A stretch of DNA of 64,000 nucleotides, from contig RQSC01000024.1 in NCBI GenBank assembly GCA_013416795.1, forward strand, positions 40,838 to 104,837, written 5' to 3'. The position numbers were made by a program, and so were the translations under genes. The notes under the pieces are model-generated. The model made no database searches. It was not told the origin of the DNA and saw only the letters and a program-made list of their open reading frames with translations. Shown here piece by piece: positions 9,087 to 19,153 of this stretch (position 1 is its first letter; each line of letters starts with the position of its first letter). Source of the stretch: Prasinococcaceae sp. CCMP 1430 (lineage: Eukaryota > Plantae > Prasinodermophyta).

Positions 9087-10736
9087 CTAGCCCATCACGT
9101 CGAATAGCATGCCCGTTTTGTGCAGGTTCTCAACGAGCTTTTCCCCGCCAGCCATGGAAGGCGTAAGCACTCCTCCCTTGAACTCAAGTTCGTCGCGGTG
9201 CAGCGCGAGGCAGATTGCCACCTCGACGGCCATGTGGCCGGTTTCCTCGTACGCCTCTCCCGCTGACATGCGCACCTTGAGCCTCTCGCCGTCGGCGGCC
9301 TCGGCAATGAAGTAGTACTTGTTCTGTGCCGTGGCGCGCGTGGCCGCATCCTCACCCTCGCCTTGCTTGAACAACTTGCCGGCCTTCTCGAGCTCCTCCT
9401 CCTGCTTCTTCGAGCTGCTCGACGCGGCGGCCGCCGCTTTGGCGTCCTTCTCGGACCCCACCAGAATATGGTTACGAAAGTTGAAGCCTTTGCCGAACGA
9501 CTTACCGCGAGCGCACTTGCGCAGGTAGTTTGAGCGGCGCACCAAGCGCGTCTCGAAAAAGGAGTACATGAAGGGCGTCACCCATCCCTGAGAGGGCGAT
9601 GGCGCCCAAGTGTAAATGCGGAGCGACCGGGGGGATGGGTGGGGGCGGGGCGTGCGGAGGTCAGCACAAACGAGACGCACGTGCGCTGACGGGGAGGAGC
9701 GCGCTCGCGCGCAAAAGCTCCGCTGGGCACGCACAGTCATGCCCATGTCTGCTTTGGCGATCTTCTGCAGCTCCCTGTCCTGGTCTTCGGGGCGCTTGCC
9801 ATCGCCAATGCGCCCGCCGAGGGAGAAAGGGTCCATCATGAGGTGCCCGTGGTCCCTCATGGCACCGGCCATCGCTTCGCGCGTGGCGACGGTGCCGCCT
9901 GAAGGCGCAAGTTGGCCCGTCGAGGTGACAAAGCCAACGCACTTGTTGCATCTCTTGCCCTTGATCTCCGCGAGCTTGTCCACCGCGTACGTCGCGAGGA
10001 CGTCCGTGGCACCACCCGCAAAGGCCGCATTGGGCACCACCATAACGTTGTTTTTCTCGGCGTACTCGTGGTACTCGAGCAGCTTGTGCGTGAAGGGAAT
10101 CTCGCCGTTGACGTCCACGTAGTCCGTATCAAACAGCAGGCACGCCTCCACGAGGTTCTCGGCGCCGGTGAGCATGAAAGGGCCCGCGATGTTGACCATG
10201 ACGTCGCAGCGCTGCACCAGACGGCGCACGTCCTGCGGGTCCTTGAGGCTAGCGCCGATCACGGGGGGGTCCATGCCCTTCCACTCGTACTCGGCGAACA
10301 CCTTCTTCTTGACTGCCTCCACCTTGTGCGCCGTGCGCCCCGCGAGCGCGAACTTGACCTTGGTGGGGTCGCAGTGCTTGCAGATGTACTCGAGCGTGAG
10401 CTGCCCCGTGTAGCCACTCGCGCCATACACGATGAATGTGAACTCGCGCTCGCCGCGAGGCTTGTTGTCTTCATAGCCCAGGTACTCGCTCATGAAGGCC
10501 TCGCTCGTCGCGTCGTCGAGCACCCAGTCCGAATTCTTTCGCATGAGCTCCTCGGAGCCGTAGAACACCTCGTCTCTGATGGCCTCTCGCATGGCATCCT
10601 TGTCCATGAGCTCTGCGTAAAACTTGGTGGGCATGCCCCAGTTGGTGATCTCCTCGCCAAGGTGGTTGCGCGCCGGCGGCTCTCCCGCCTTGGGCGGCAT
10701 GGCCGGCACAGTGTGCGTCTTGGCCTCGAAGACCAT
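9087..10736 (-). CDS. Saccharopine dehydrogenase-like oxidoreductase (SCCPDH / trans-acting enoyl reductase family), intron 9588..9734
   Basis: IVYGASGYTGQL, FALAGRT, NIAGPF, DYVDVNGE, GGVLTPSMAGG motifs. In-frame 147-nt GTGCGT...CAG intron. Confidence 0.88.
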   Translation of the reverse strand: MVFEAKTHTVPAMPPKAGEPPARNHLGEEITNWGMPTKFYAELMDKDAMREAIRDEVFYGSEELMRKNSDWVLDDATSEAFMSEYLGYEDNKPRGEREFTFIVYGASGYTGQLTLEYICKHCDPTKVKFALAGRTAHKVEAVKKKVFAEYEWKGMDPPVIGASLKDPQDVRRLVQRCDVMVNIAGPFMLTGAENLVEACLLFDTDYVDVNGEIPFTHKLLEYHEYAEKNNVMVVPNAAFAGGATDVLATYAVDKLAEIKGKRCNKCVGFVTSTGQLAPSGGTVATREAMAGAMRDHGHLMMDPFSLGGRIGDGKRPEDQDRELQKIAKADMGMTVRAQRSFCARARSSPSAHVRLVCADLRTPRPHPSPRSLRIYTWAPSPSQGWVTPFMYSFFETRLVRRSNYLRKCARGKSFGKGFNFRNHILVGSEKDAKAAAAASSSSKKQEEELEKAGKLFKQGEGEDAATRATAQNKYYFIAEAADGERLKVRMSAGEAYEETGHMAVEVAICLALHRDELEFKGGVLTPSMAGGEKLVENLHKTGMLFDVMG

Positions 10737-11838
10737 AGCGACTGGCCTGGTCCTGCTGGGCGCCAGCTGTGGTAAAGCAGGAGGGCGAGCACACGGTCAG
10801 CGGCGTCGAACGAGAAAGGCATGGACGGAATCACCCCCACCCCCCGACTTTCGATGCGCGCGTTGGAAAACGAACCAGCGCGCGCGCCACTTCGCCTCCC
10901 GGCGCGCGCGCGGATGGGGTGGAAGGGGGAAGAGCAGAGCCTCGTCATCGCGGTCGCGCCGCGAGGGAGCGCGGCGAGAATGCCTGCACCTGCTTCGCTT
11001 GCGCGTCGCTGCCCCGCCGCTCCCTACGCGCGCGGGAAAGATCGCTGCGCGCCGTCCCCCTCACTTCGGCGCGCGCGCTCGCCCCCAGCGCGATTTCGCC
11101 CCCCCCTTCCTTCCCTGACCCTCCTCGCCTGGCCGCCCATTGCGCGCCCGCGCCCTTCCCCCCCCGACTCACCCTCCCCTCAGGCCTGTTCCCTCCCCGA
11201 ACCTCGCGCGTGGACTGCACGGACGGCGCCTTCGGCGCCTCGTCGGCGGGCCCCAGGGCGCGCGCGGCCGGCGCGCTGTGTGGCGCCCGCGCGACGCGCC
11301 GAGTGCGCGCTCCCTCGCTCCCTCGCGCGCTCGCCGGCCGTTACGCGACGCGGTTACGAACCGGCGACTCTCCGCGCGCCCCGGGGGAACGCGAGCACTG
11401 ACATTTAAAAAAATCTAAAAATGCGTGCGTTCTGAAGTGCGATTTCGGCCGCATTTCCGACAGGGAGCGCAGGCAAATAAAAATGGTTGGGGCGCAGGCG
11501 CACGAGGAGGCGCGCGCGCGCGCCCACCGGCCGCGCGTGCGCGCGGCGTTGGTTGTTGTGTGGGAGAAGGCGCAAGGCGCTGCGGGCGCTGCTCGCGAGC
11601 TGGAGCTGGTGCGTGTGCGTGCCATCGGCGGGTAGAGATAGAGACGCCGCTGCGGGAGGGGCGCTGCGCCCCGCTGGCGGCGGCGGCGGGGCGGGTGTGC
11701 TGGCGCCTTCCCCCCCCCCCCCACTTTCTCACCCCGCAATTTTGCGGGGAAATTCGCGAGAATTTTTTTTGATTTTGCTGGGAGCGGGGGCCAGCGGATC
11801 GCTCGCGGATAAACCATGCACCTGCCAGGTGCTGGGCG

Positions 11839-13101
11839 ATGCGGGGGCGGGGTGGGTGCAGGGGGGTGGGGGTGCGGGGTGGCAGTGGCGACGGGCGGCG
11901 CGCCGACGGGCGGCGTCGCTGTCGCTTGCGGAGGCGATGGCGATGGGGGCGACGGCAGCGGGGGCGATGGACGGCAGCGGCGCTGCTGCCGCTCGCGGCG
12001 GCGCGCGCGCCCGGCGCGGAGGCCGCCACGTGCACATCCGTGGAATGCGACCCCATCACCGTGCTCGTCACGGGATGCAACAGCGGCATCGGCGAGGCGG
12101 CCGCACGGCGCTTCGCCTCGGAGGGGCACACGGTGATCCTCGCCTGCCGTACGCTCGACAAGGCCGCGGCCACCGCCGACGCGATCGCGGCCACGGGCGT
12201 GCCCACCGAACGCCTCATCGCGGCTGAGTGCGATCTTGCGTCGCTTGAGAGCGTGCGCGCGCTCGCTGCTCGCGTGCGCGGCGACGACGCGCTGCGGCCG
12301 CTCGGCGCACTCTGCCTCAACGCGGGCGCGCAGTTCACGGGGGCGCCCGAGCCCCTGCGCACAACCGACGGCTTCGAGCTCACCATCGGCGCCAACCACC
12401 TCGGCCACTTCGCGTTGGTGAACCTTCTCCTGCCCGTCATGGCGCCGCGCGGCAGGATTGTCTTCACCGCGAGCGAGGTGCACGACCCGGAATCGCCGGG
12501 GGGCGCCGTCGGCCCCGGGGCGACTCTCGGCGACCTCAGCGGCCTCAGGGCGGCAGCAGCGAGCGGCGCCGGCGCCTTTACCATGGTCGACGGCGGCGAA
12601 TGGGACGCAGACAAGGCCTACAAGGACAGCAAGCTATGCAACGTCCTCACGTGCCGTGAACTCGCCCGTCGGCTCAAGGAGGCCGGCTCGGACGTGACAG
12701 CGACGGCATTCGGGCCGGGGCTCATCACGGAGACGTCTTTCTTCAGCAACAACCAGTACCAAAGCGCGGGGGCGATGGGCGCTTTCGACCTATTCGCGGA
12801 CAAATTGTTTAAGGTCACAGAGACGCGCGAGGGAGGAGGCAAGCTCATGGAGTACATGGCGCTGTCGCCGGAGCTCGATGGCGTATCAGGCCAGTACTAC
12901 AACAACGCGCTGGCCGGATACAACGCGCACGCGTTCGAGCAGCAGCCCGGCAGCGTGGAGTCGCGCGACGCCGCGGAGGCCGCCGCGCTGTGGGAGCTCT
13001 CCGCCAAGCTCGTCGGCGTGTCGCCCGAGCTCGTGCTTGACGACGGCGGCGGGCCGGACGCTGCTGCCAAGGAGGCGGCGATGGCGATGGTCGTAATGTG
13101 A
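11839..13101 (+). CDS. Protochlorophyllide-reductase-like short-chain dehydrogenase (start uncertain)
   Basis: TGCNSGIG, NAG, DGFELTIGANHLGHF, ATLGDLSGL and AYKDSKLCN all resemble LPOR, but the segment FTASEVHDP...GG and PGLI differ from canonical LPOR. Confidence 0.82.
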   Translation: MRGRGGCRGVGVRGGSGDGRRADGRRRCRLRRRWRWGRRQRGRWTAAALLPLAAARAPGAEAATCTSVECDPITVLVTGCNSGIGEAAARRFASEGHTVILACRTLDKAAATADAIAATGVPTERLIAAECDLASLESVRALAARVRGDDALRPLGALCLNAGAQFTGAPEPLRTTDGFELTIGANHLGHFALVNLLLPVMAPRGRIVFTASEVHDPESPGGAVGPGATLGDLSGLRAAAASGAGAFTMVDGGEWDADKAYKDSKLCNVLTCRELARRLKEAGSDVTATAFGPGLITETSFFSNNQYQSAGAMGAFDLFADKLFKVTETREGGGKLMEYMALSPELDGVSGQYYNNALAGYNAHAFEQQPGSVESRDAAEAAALWELSAKLVGVSPELVLDDGGGPDAAAKEAAMAMVVM

Positions 13102-13189
13102 CATTACATCCTTCCACGTGCCGCAATGCTACGAAATTCCGCCCCGAGTGAATTGCGCACAAGTCTGAGACGCGGAGCCGCGCCAGCCA

Positions 13190-14518
13190 TCAGCCTCGCT
13201 GCTGCTGCTTGAGGATCCCTCGCACCGTGTCCACGACCGAGTTCTGGTTGCGCTTGAGCGCCGCGAGCTCGCTTTGCAACCTAGCCGTATCGCTCCTTGC
13301 CGACGATAGCTCGGATTGCAACCTGGCCACCTGCTTGGCCAGCGAGTCGTGCTCCTTGTTCCGCGCTTGTAGCGCCCGCGCGTGCGCGGCACGCAAGTCC
13401 AACAACTGCCCACCAAGCGCCACCAGCTTCTCGCCGAGGTCTATCCGGCCCGACTCTTGCTGCTTCGAGTGTGCGGCCACCATCTGCAGGTGCACCGGCT
13501 GGCGCTCCTCGAGGTGCTTTTCGAGCGTGCCGAGGGAGACCTCTTCGGTGCACCCGAACGCGGCGAACGGGCACGCGACCGCACGCTTCGGGCACGCTCC
13601 CGCCAGGTGCGCCTGCATGTCCCTGCGGAGCACACTCGCGCCGCAGCCCGCGCTGCACGGGAGCACCTTGAACCCACACGAGGCAGCATGCGTGGCTGCA
13701 CGGCAGCGGCTCATCACAGCGTTGCATTTGGCGTTGGTGCAGGTCACAGGTGCCCATTGGCAGGATGCTCGGTGCGCCGCGAGCTCTCCTTCGCTGGCGA
13801 ACGCCATCGTGCAGTGCGCCGACGCCGGGCCGTCGTACAGACGAACGAGGTCGCGCGCCAGCGCCGTGCGCTGCGCGCTTGGCCAGCCGTCCTGTGCCTG
13901 CTCCAGCCTTGCGGCGAGCGCGGCAGCGTCCTGCTTGGGATGGCCCACGTACGACGAGATCGCGCTCACGAAGCCCCTGTGTTTCGCGACGAACGCCTCC
14001 ATCTCAGTCTTGAGGTTTGCGAGCGTGCGCATCGCAGGCCGCGTCACGGCGCTGCCGTGCTGTGCCGCTGCGCGGTCGGTTGCGGCGAGAGCCGCGCCAC
14101 GCTCGCGCAGTCTCGCCTCGAGCGGGCCGCGCAACGCGAGGGCGTCGTCGGTGCTCCCGTTTGAGCCCGCGTTGAACCCGGACCGCGCCGCCACCGCGGC
14201 CTCAGCGACGGCCATCGTGAGCGCAGCGCACACGTTACTGACCGTCTGCACGTCTACGCACCCACATTGGTAGGCGGCGACGCCAGCACTGCCGTTCCCG
14301 CTGCCCTGCTGCTGCTGCTGCCGCCGCTGCTGCTGCTGCTGCGGCTCCTGCCGGCGCAGGTCGTCGCCGCCGGCCGCGGAGCTCTCGCCTCCCGCGTCCC
14401 CCTCGGCTTCGCGCACGCCCTCCTGCTGCGCCGCCGCCGCCGGACCGTCGGCCACGCCCATGAGCGCGTCCATCTCCGCGACGAGCGCGCACCCTGCCGC
14501 CCTGGCGTCGCCGCCCAT
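13190..14518 (-). CDS. TRAF-type zinc-finger protein with C-terminal coiled coil
   Basis: ATG at 14518. Repeated C-x-C...H...C motifs (CTNAKC...HAASC, CSAGC...HLAGAC, CPFAAFGC...HLEE) followed by heptad-rich tail. Confidence 0.8.
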   Translation of the reverse strand: MGGDARAAGCALVAEMDALMGVADGPAAAAQQEGVREAEGDAGGESSAAGGDDLRRQEPQQQQQRRQQQQQGSGNGSAGVAAYQCGCVDVQTVSNVCAALTMAVAEAAVAARSGFNAGSNGSTDDALALRGPLEARLRERGAALAATDRAAAQHGSAVTRPAMRTLANLKTEMEAFVAKHRGFVSAISSYVGHPKQDAAALAARLEQAQDGWPSAQRTALARDLVRLYDGPASAHCTMAFASEGELAAHRASCQWAPVTCTNAKCNAVMSRCRAATHAASCGFKVLPCSAGCGASVLRRDMQAHLAGACPKRAVACPFAAFGCTEEVSLGTLEKHLEERQPVHLQMVAAHSKQQESGRIDLGEKLVALGGQLLDLRAAHARALQARNKEHDSLAKQVARLQSELSSARSDTARLQSELAALKRNQNSVVDTVRGILKQQQRG

Positions 14519-15109
14519 GGCCGCCGCGGCGGGCGCGCCCCCGGGCGCGCCGCAGTGGCGCCCCCCCCTCACAGGCCCGCTGCACGAACGGTGCACGGGG
14601 GGGTGTTCGTTCGAACACGCTCTCTTTTTTCCCCCCTCTGTGTATATCCGCAGATCACGCGCCATGCGTTTCGATGGTGGGCGGGTACGTACGAGGAAAA
14701 CTGTCGACCAGAACACAACACACGCAACAAAAAAGAAAAGAAAAAAAGAGAAAAAGAAAAAGAAAAAAGAAAAAAGAAAAAAGAAAAAAGAAGAGCTCGG
14801 TGCATCGCGCGCGACTGATGAACAGCATCCGGGTGTTGCAAAAGCAAAATTAAAAAAAAAAACAGCAAAAAAAGAACGAGCTCGTTTTTTGCGTGGCGGG
14901 GCCGCACGCGTTCTGATGGTGCCGGGCTGGGGCCGCGTAGGTGCGCGTCCTCGTACGTCCGCGGCGCGAGGGGCGAGGCCACACGGCGCGCGCTCGGCGG
15001 GGGCGGCGGGGGTGGATGATGTGACCTGGCGGGCGGCGCGGGGGTGAGCGCGCGGTGGCGCTCACGGGGCGAGTGGGTGCGTGTTGTGGGCGGGGGGCGC
15101 TGGCACGCG

Positions 15110-15358
15110 ATGGTGCCGCCGCCGCCGGGCAAGGGTGAGGACCTCCCACGCGCAGATGACGCTGCGGGGCCGTCGGGCTCAGGCTCGGGCTCAGGCGACG
15201 GCGGGGGCGGCGGCAGCGGCGGTGAGCGCGGGCGCGGAGCCGGCGGGGATGCGCAAGCCATGGATGTCTTCGGCGGCGACCTGCAGAGCGTAGGGGCGCT
15301 CATGGTGCTGCTCATCCTCGGGCTGATGAAGGCCGCGGCCTCACGATGTACTTGCTAG
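15110..15358 (+). CDS. Small hypothetical membrane protein (82 aa)
   Basis: ATG at 15110; Gly/Ser/Asp-rich N-part, hydrophobic segment VGALMVLLILGLM, ends RCTC-TAG. No recognised family. Confidence 0.4.
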   Translation: MVPPPPGKGEDLPRADDAAGPSGSGSGSGDGGGGGSGGERGRGAGGDAQAMDVFGGDLQSVGALMVLLILGLMKAAASRCTC

Positions 15359-15848
15359 TGGGCGGCGCTTTCGTCGACGTGAGCTCGCATTCTAAATGCA
15401 AGCGCCGAACGCGAATTCCGGGGCATGTCAAGTCGGCCCCTCCGCCCCATCACAAGCCGCTGAGACCGGCGGCACTCGGTGAGACCGGCGGGCAGCATCG
15501 CCTTGCCGCGAGACGGCCGTGCGAAGCGTCGACGCGCGCGCACGGCGCCCTGCGGGGAAGTCAGGCACTATACGCCGCGTCCTCGTGACGGGCGCGCGTG
15601 CACATGTACATACAGTAAACAAAAGTTTTGGATCACCCATGCCCCGCAATCGCGACGCCCTCGGACCCCATCCCCCCACCCACAAGTGCGCGCGCGCTGC
15701 ACACCAGCTGCAACGCACTCGAAGCGCGCGGCGCTGTCAACGGCCGCCCGCATCGCTGAGGGATGGTGAAAGAAAGCGCGTGTCACGCTCAGCGCACGGG
15801 AACGTCTTCCCGTATTACGAGTGGGCGGGCAGCACAGCATCCTGGCCA

Positions 15849-16810
15849 TCACCGCAGCGGTTTGTCGTCTTCCTCGAGCTCGTCTTGCACCTCAACCACG
15901 GTGGCCTTGATGAAGCCTTTGCGTGCGCCAATGTCCAGTGCGTCACCGAACTTGTCCGCCAAGTGCCGCTTCACGAGCTTCATGGTGAGCTGCGTCAGGT
16001 CGGCGCCCTCCATGAAGGACGCAATGGCCTTGCGCAACTCCTTGTTGCTCGGTCCCTCAACGACGTCCTCCTCCTCCTCCTCATCGTCGTCCTCATCGTT
16101 GTCAGCGGCAGCTGCCTGTTTCTTGGGCGCAGCCTACGGGCGTGCAGCGCAATCGCGCGGACGTCAGCACCCGAGCGCACGATGGCGCGGAGAGCGCGCA
16201 AATGCATGCTGTGCATGAGGGAGGGGTGGACGGGGCAATGGGTCGTGGGGTATGGGGACAGAGAGCGCGCGCGGTGTACCTTTGCAGCCTTGGCCTTCTT
16301 CTTCTCCTTTGCCTTGGCCGTCCGCTCCGCCTTGCGCTTCTTCTTGGCCACCTCCTTGCTCTTCTTCTCCCTGAGCGACGAGGCGCCCTCGCGCTGGCGA
16401 GGCGCCTCCAGGAAGTCGAGGATGGCCTTTATCTTGGCGTCCTTGGTGCCCGAGCGCGGCGCGTGCAGGTCAAGCAGCTCGCCGAGGTCGCCGAGCGCGT
16501 CGTTGAACCAGTCCTTGAGCTTGGCCTCGTCCTTGGCGCGCTCGGCACCCTTTTTGTCCGCCGCGTACGTGAAGCCTGAAAACTTGCGAATGTCGGCCTT
16601 GAGAGTGAGCTCCTTGGGCGCCGTGCGGAAGAGCAGCCGATGCAGCGACTTCAGCATCTTGTCCTTGCGGGTGCGCGCCTCAAGACGGAAGGCGATGTTG
16701 TCGATGTCGCCAAGCGCGCTGCCGGCGCCCTGCTCGATGACGAACTTCTTCTTCTCGGGACTTGCGATGGTCAGGCGCTCGACCTGCTTGCGCTCGCGTT
16801 TCGGGCGGCT
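15849..16810 (-). CDS. DEK-domain chromatin protein; exons 16810..16280 and 16133..15849, 5' exon uncertain (possibly from ATG 17190)
   Basis: RPKRERKQVER, GSALGDIDNI, LKSLHRLLF, IRKFSGF and C-terminal DEK_C-like ELRKAIASFMEGADLTQLTMKLVKRHL. Intron GTACAC...TAG keeps frame. Confidence 0.85.
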
Positions 16811-17308
16811 CTGCTCGCCATACGCAGAGGGTGGGTGGGCGTGGGTGGGTGTGGGGCGCGGAGCGGTCAGCGGGCAGTCGCCAGCACGCACTATCAGCAC
16901 GAGTGCCGCAACGGAACGCGGCATCGCAGCACGCGCTCCAGGATGAGAGTGGATGTGTGGAAGGGAATGGTGGAGGGGCGCGGCAGGGGATGAAGGGAGT
17001 GCGGGCGAGCCGTGCACCCCGCTCCTCCACCGCCGCCGCGCGCCCGCCCGCTCGCGCCCGCGCGCCGGCGCACCTCGGGAGCCAGGCGCGTGACTTCTCG
17101 CACCTCCTCTAGCTCCGCGCCGCGAGCGGCGTGTGCCGGCCCGCCGTTCGAAAACGCGCGCGCGACGGCGCAGCGCAGGTCAGCTCGCATTGGGGCAGGT
17201 CAAATCGCATCCGGATGTTCCTGCGGGAGGATCCGATTTTGCTGGACCGCTTCCGTTTTTTTTTTTCAGCGTCCCGACGAACTGATGCGAGTTGATGACA
17301 CATTTTTG

Positions 17309-17313
17309 TTACA
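17309..17313 (-). terminator. TGTAA candidate polyadenylation signal (REI1)
   Basis: TTACA on the plus strand, 35 nt beyond the REI1 stop. Confidence 0.5.
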
Positions 17314-17347
17314 AAATGCGGAGCGCGACACTCGCCGCATGCGCCGC

Positions 17348-18574
17348 TCAATACGGGACGTTCCGCAAGAGGTTCTTGTTCCCGTTCATCTTGCCCTTGG
17401 CCGCCATGGGCTTGACCATGTACTCGTTGTGCTTGTTGCGGTGCTCGCGCACGCGCTTCTCCTGCTTGGCCTGCAGCGCGGGCACGATCGAGGCGCCCAG
17501 GTTGGTGGCCAGCAGCGCCCGGTAGCGGCTGTGCCACTCGTTGATGCGCACCACGTCGCGCGTGTCCTCGGGCCTGTGTCGCTGGCGGTAGAGGTGCGCC
17601 ATGCTGCGCGAGCCCAGCACCTTGCCACTGCGTCCCAGCACGAGCTCGCCGGTCACTTCGTGAAGGCTCACGGCGGGCCTCGCGCCCGCCGTGGTGGCGA
17701 GCGAGCGCTCGGCGACGTCCTCGCCTCCGTCGGCACCCTCCTCCATTTCCGCGCGCGAGTAGTCGTAGTACTCCTCGTACTCCTCCTCGTTGTCGTCGAA
17801 GAGCATGCCACACTTGCACGAGTCCACCATGTGCTGCTGCGTGGCATGCTTGGTGCGGAAAGTCTTCACGTCGCCCTCCTCCATCCCGCTCTTGTACAGC
17901 GGCAGGTGCGCCACCGCCACCTTCCAGCCAAGGTACTTCATCAGCCCCTCGGGATCTACCAGGTAGTCTGCATCGGGGATGTAGAAGCCGAAGTGCTTGA
18001 GCATGTACTCGAGGTTGGCCTCGAGAGACTCGGACAGGTGATTGTCGAAGAGCGACATGCGCACGTCCCACTCCTCGTCCATGGCGTCCTCGTCCTCGTC
18101 CGAGGCGGTCTCCCAGCCGCTGCCGTCGTCGTCATCCTCCTCCTCGTCTGCATCTGCCATGGGTACGTCGCTTGCACCGCCACCCACGCCGCTCGCCCCC
18201 GCCGCCGCATCCTCCTTCGGACGCTTCGCAATGAGCGTCGGCGCGGGGGCCGCCGTCGCGCCCGACTTCTTGAGCAGCTGGGCGAACTTCTTGGTGCGCT
18301 TGTGCTCCTCCCACTTGGCCTCGGAGGCGAACTTCTTGCGCGTGAGCGGGCACTGCCAGATAGTGCCGTGCTCGTGGCCATCCGCCGCGCCCTTGCCTCC
18401 GCCACCCGCCGCAGCCGCGCGCGCGCGCCGCACGTCGAACCACTCGCGCGTGACCGCGGGCAGGCCGGCGACCTTGCGCTTGAGGTTGTAGCGGTGGAAG
18501 TCGGACTTGTAGTGCGCGCGCAGCTCGGCCTCCGTCTCGAACGACACGTTCGACGTCGAGCAGTGGAACGACAT
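17348..18574 (-). CDS. REI1: Cytoplasmic 60S maturation zinc-finger protein REI1/ZNF622
   Basis: HYKSDFHRYNLKRKVAGLP, ANLEYMLKHFGFYIPDADYLVDPEGLMKYLG, QQHMVDSCKC, GSRSMAHLYRQ motifs. Confidence 0.92.
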   Translation of the reverse strand: MSFHCSTSNVSFETEAELRAHYKSDFHRYNLKRKVAGLPAVTREWFDVRRARAAAAGGGGKGAADGHEHGTIWQCPLTRKKFASEAKWEEHKRTKKFAQLLKKSGATAAPAPTLIAKRPKEDAAAGASGVGGGASDVPMADADEEEDDDDGSGWETASDEDEDAMDEEWDVRMSLFDNHLSESLEANLEYMLKHFGFYIPDADYLVDPEGLMKYLGWKVAVAHLPLYKSGMEEGDVKTFRTKHATQQHMVDSCKCGMLFDDNEEEYEEYYDYSRAEMEEGADGGEDVAERSLATTAGARPAVSLHEVTGELVLGRSGKVLGSRSMAHLYRQRHRPEDTRDVVRINEWHSRYRALLATNLGASIVPALQAKQEKRVREHRNKHNEYMVKPMAAKGKMNGNKNLLRNVPY

Positions 18575-19153
18575 GGCGCCCCTCACCCGCTGCCAGCTCG
18601 CCGCCCACGCCCGCCGCGCACGCAGGCGAAAAGAAGCGCACGCGCCGCGCGCGCGCCAGCCGCCGCGAACGCCGGCCGGCGCCGCGAACGCCGCGCTACT
18701 GTGACCGCCCGGCCACCCCCCACGCCTGCCTCAAACCCACCCGCTCCTCCGAGGAGAAGCCGCTGGCCTTCCCTTCCGCCAACCCGACCCACACCCAGCC
18801 AACGTGCGCCGGGCAGAGGGGAGCCGCCGCGCGCGCTGTGGCGGCTGTGGCGGCAGCCGCCGCCGCACCGCGCAAACCGCCCCCCACGCCAAAAAAAAAA
18901 ATGTGTGTTTTAGAATGCGCCCGAGTCGCGTTCCCCGTGATGAGACTTTCGGCGCGGCGCCGGCGCCGCCCGCCCATGCCGTTTTCACTAGCGGCGCGGA
19001 GTTTGGGCGCGAATTTTAACGGTGCCTGCTGTTGCGCCGTTGCGGTGGGGCGACGGGGGCCCCGACGCGGCGGCGCCAGCGGCGCCACAGCGCCGGCGGC
19101 GCAACCCCTTCCGCGCGGCTGGGCCTGATCGGGCGGTGACCTCATCCCGCGAG

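Noticed and set aside
11855-11890. G-quadruplex-capable G-runs upstream of the POR-like gene
   Set aside because: Such runs are frequent at this GC content; no further support.
14687-14958. MITE-like element bounded by the 11-bp inverted repeat ACGTACGAGGA/TCCTCGTACGT around A-rich tracts
   Set aside because: Repeat is short, no target-site duplication is visible, and no second copy occurs in the window. A promoter poly-A island explains the interior.
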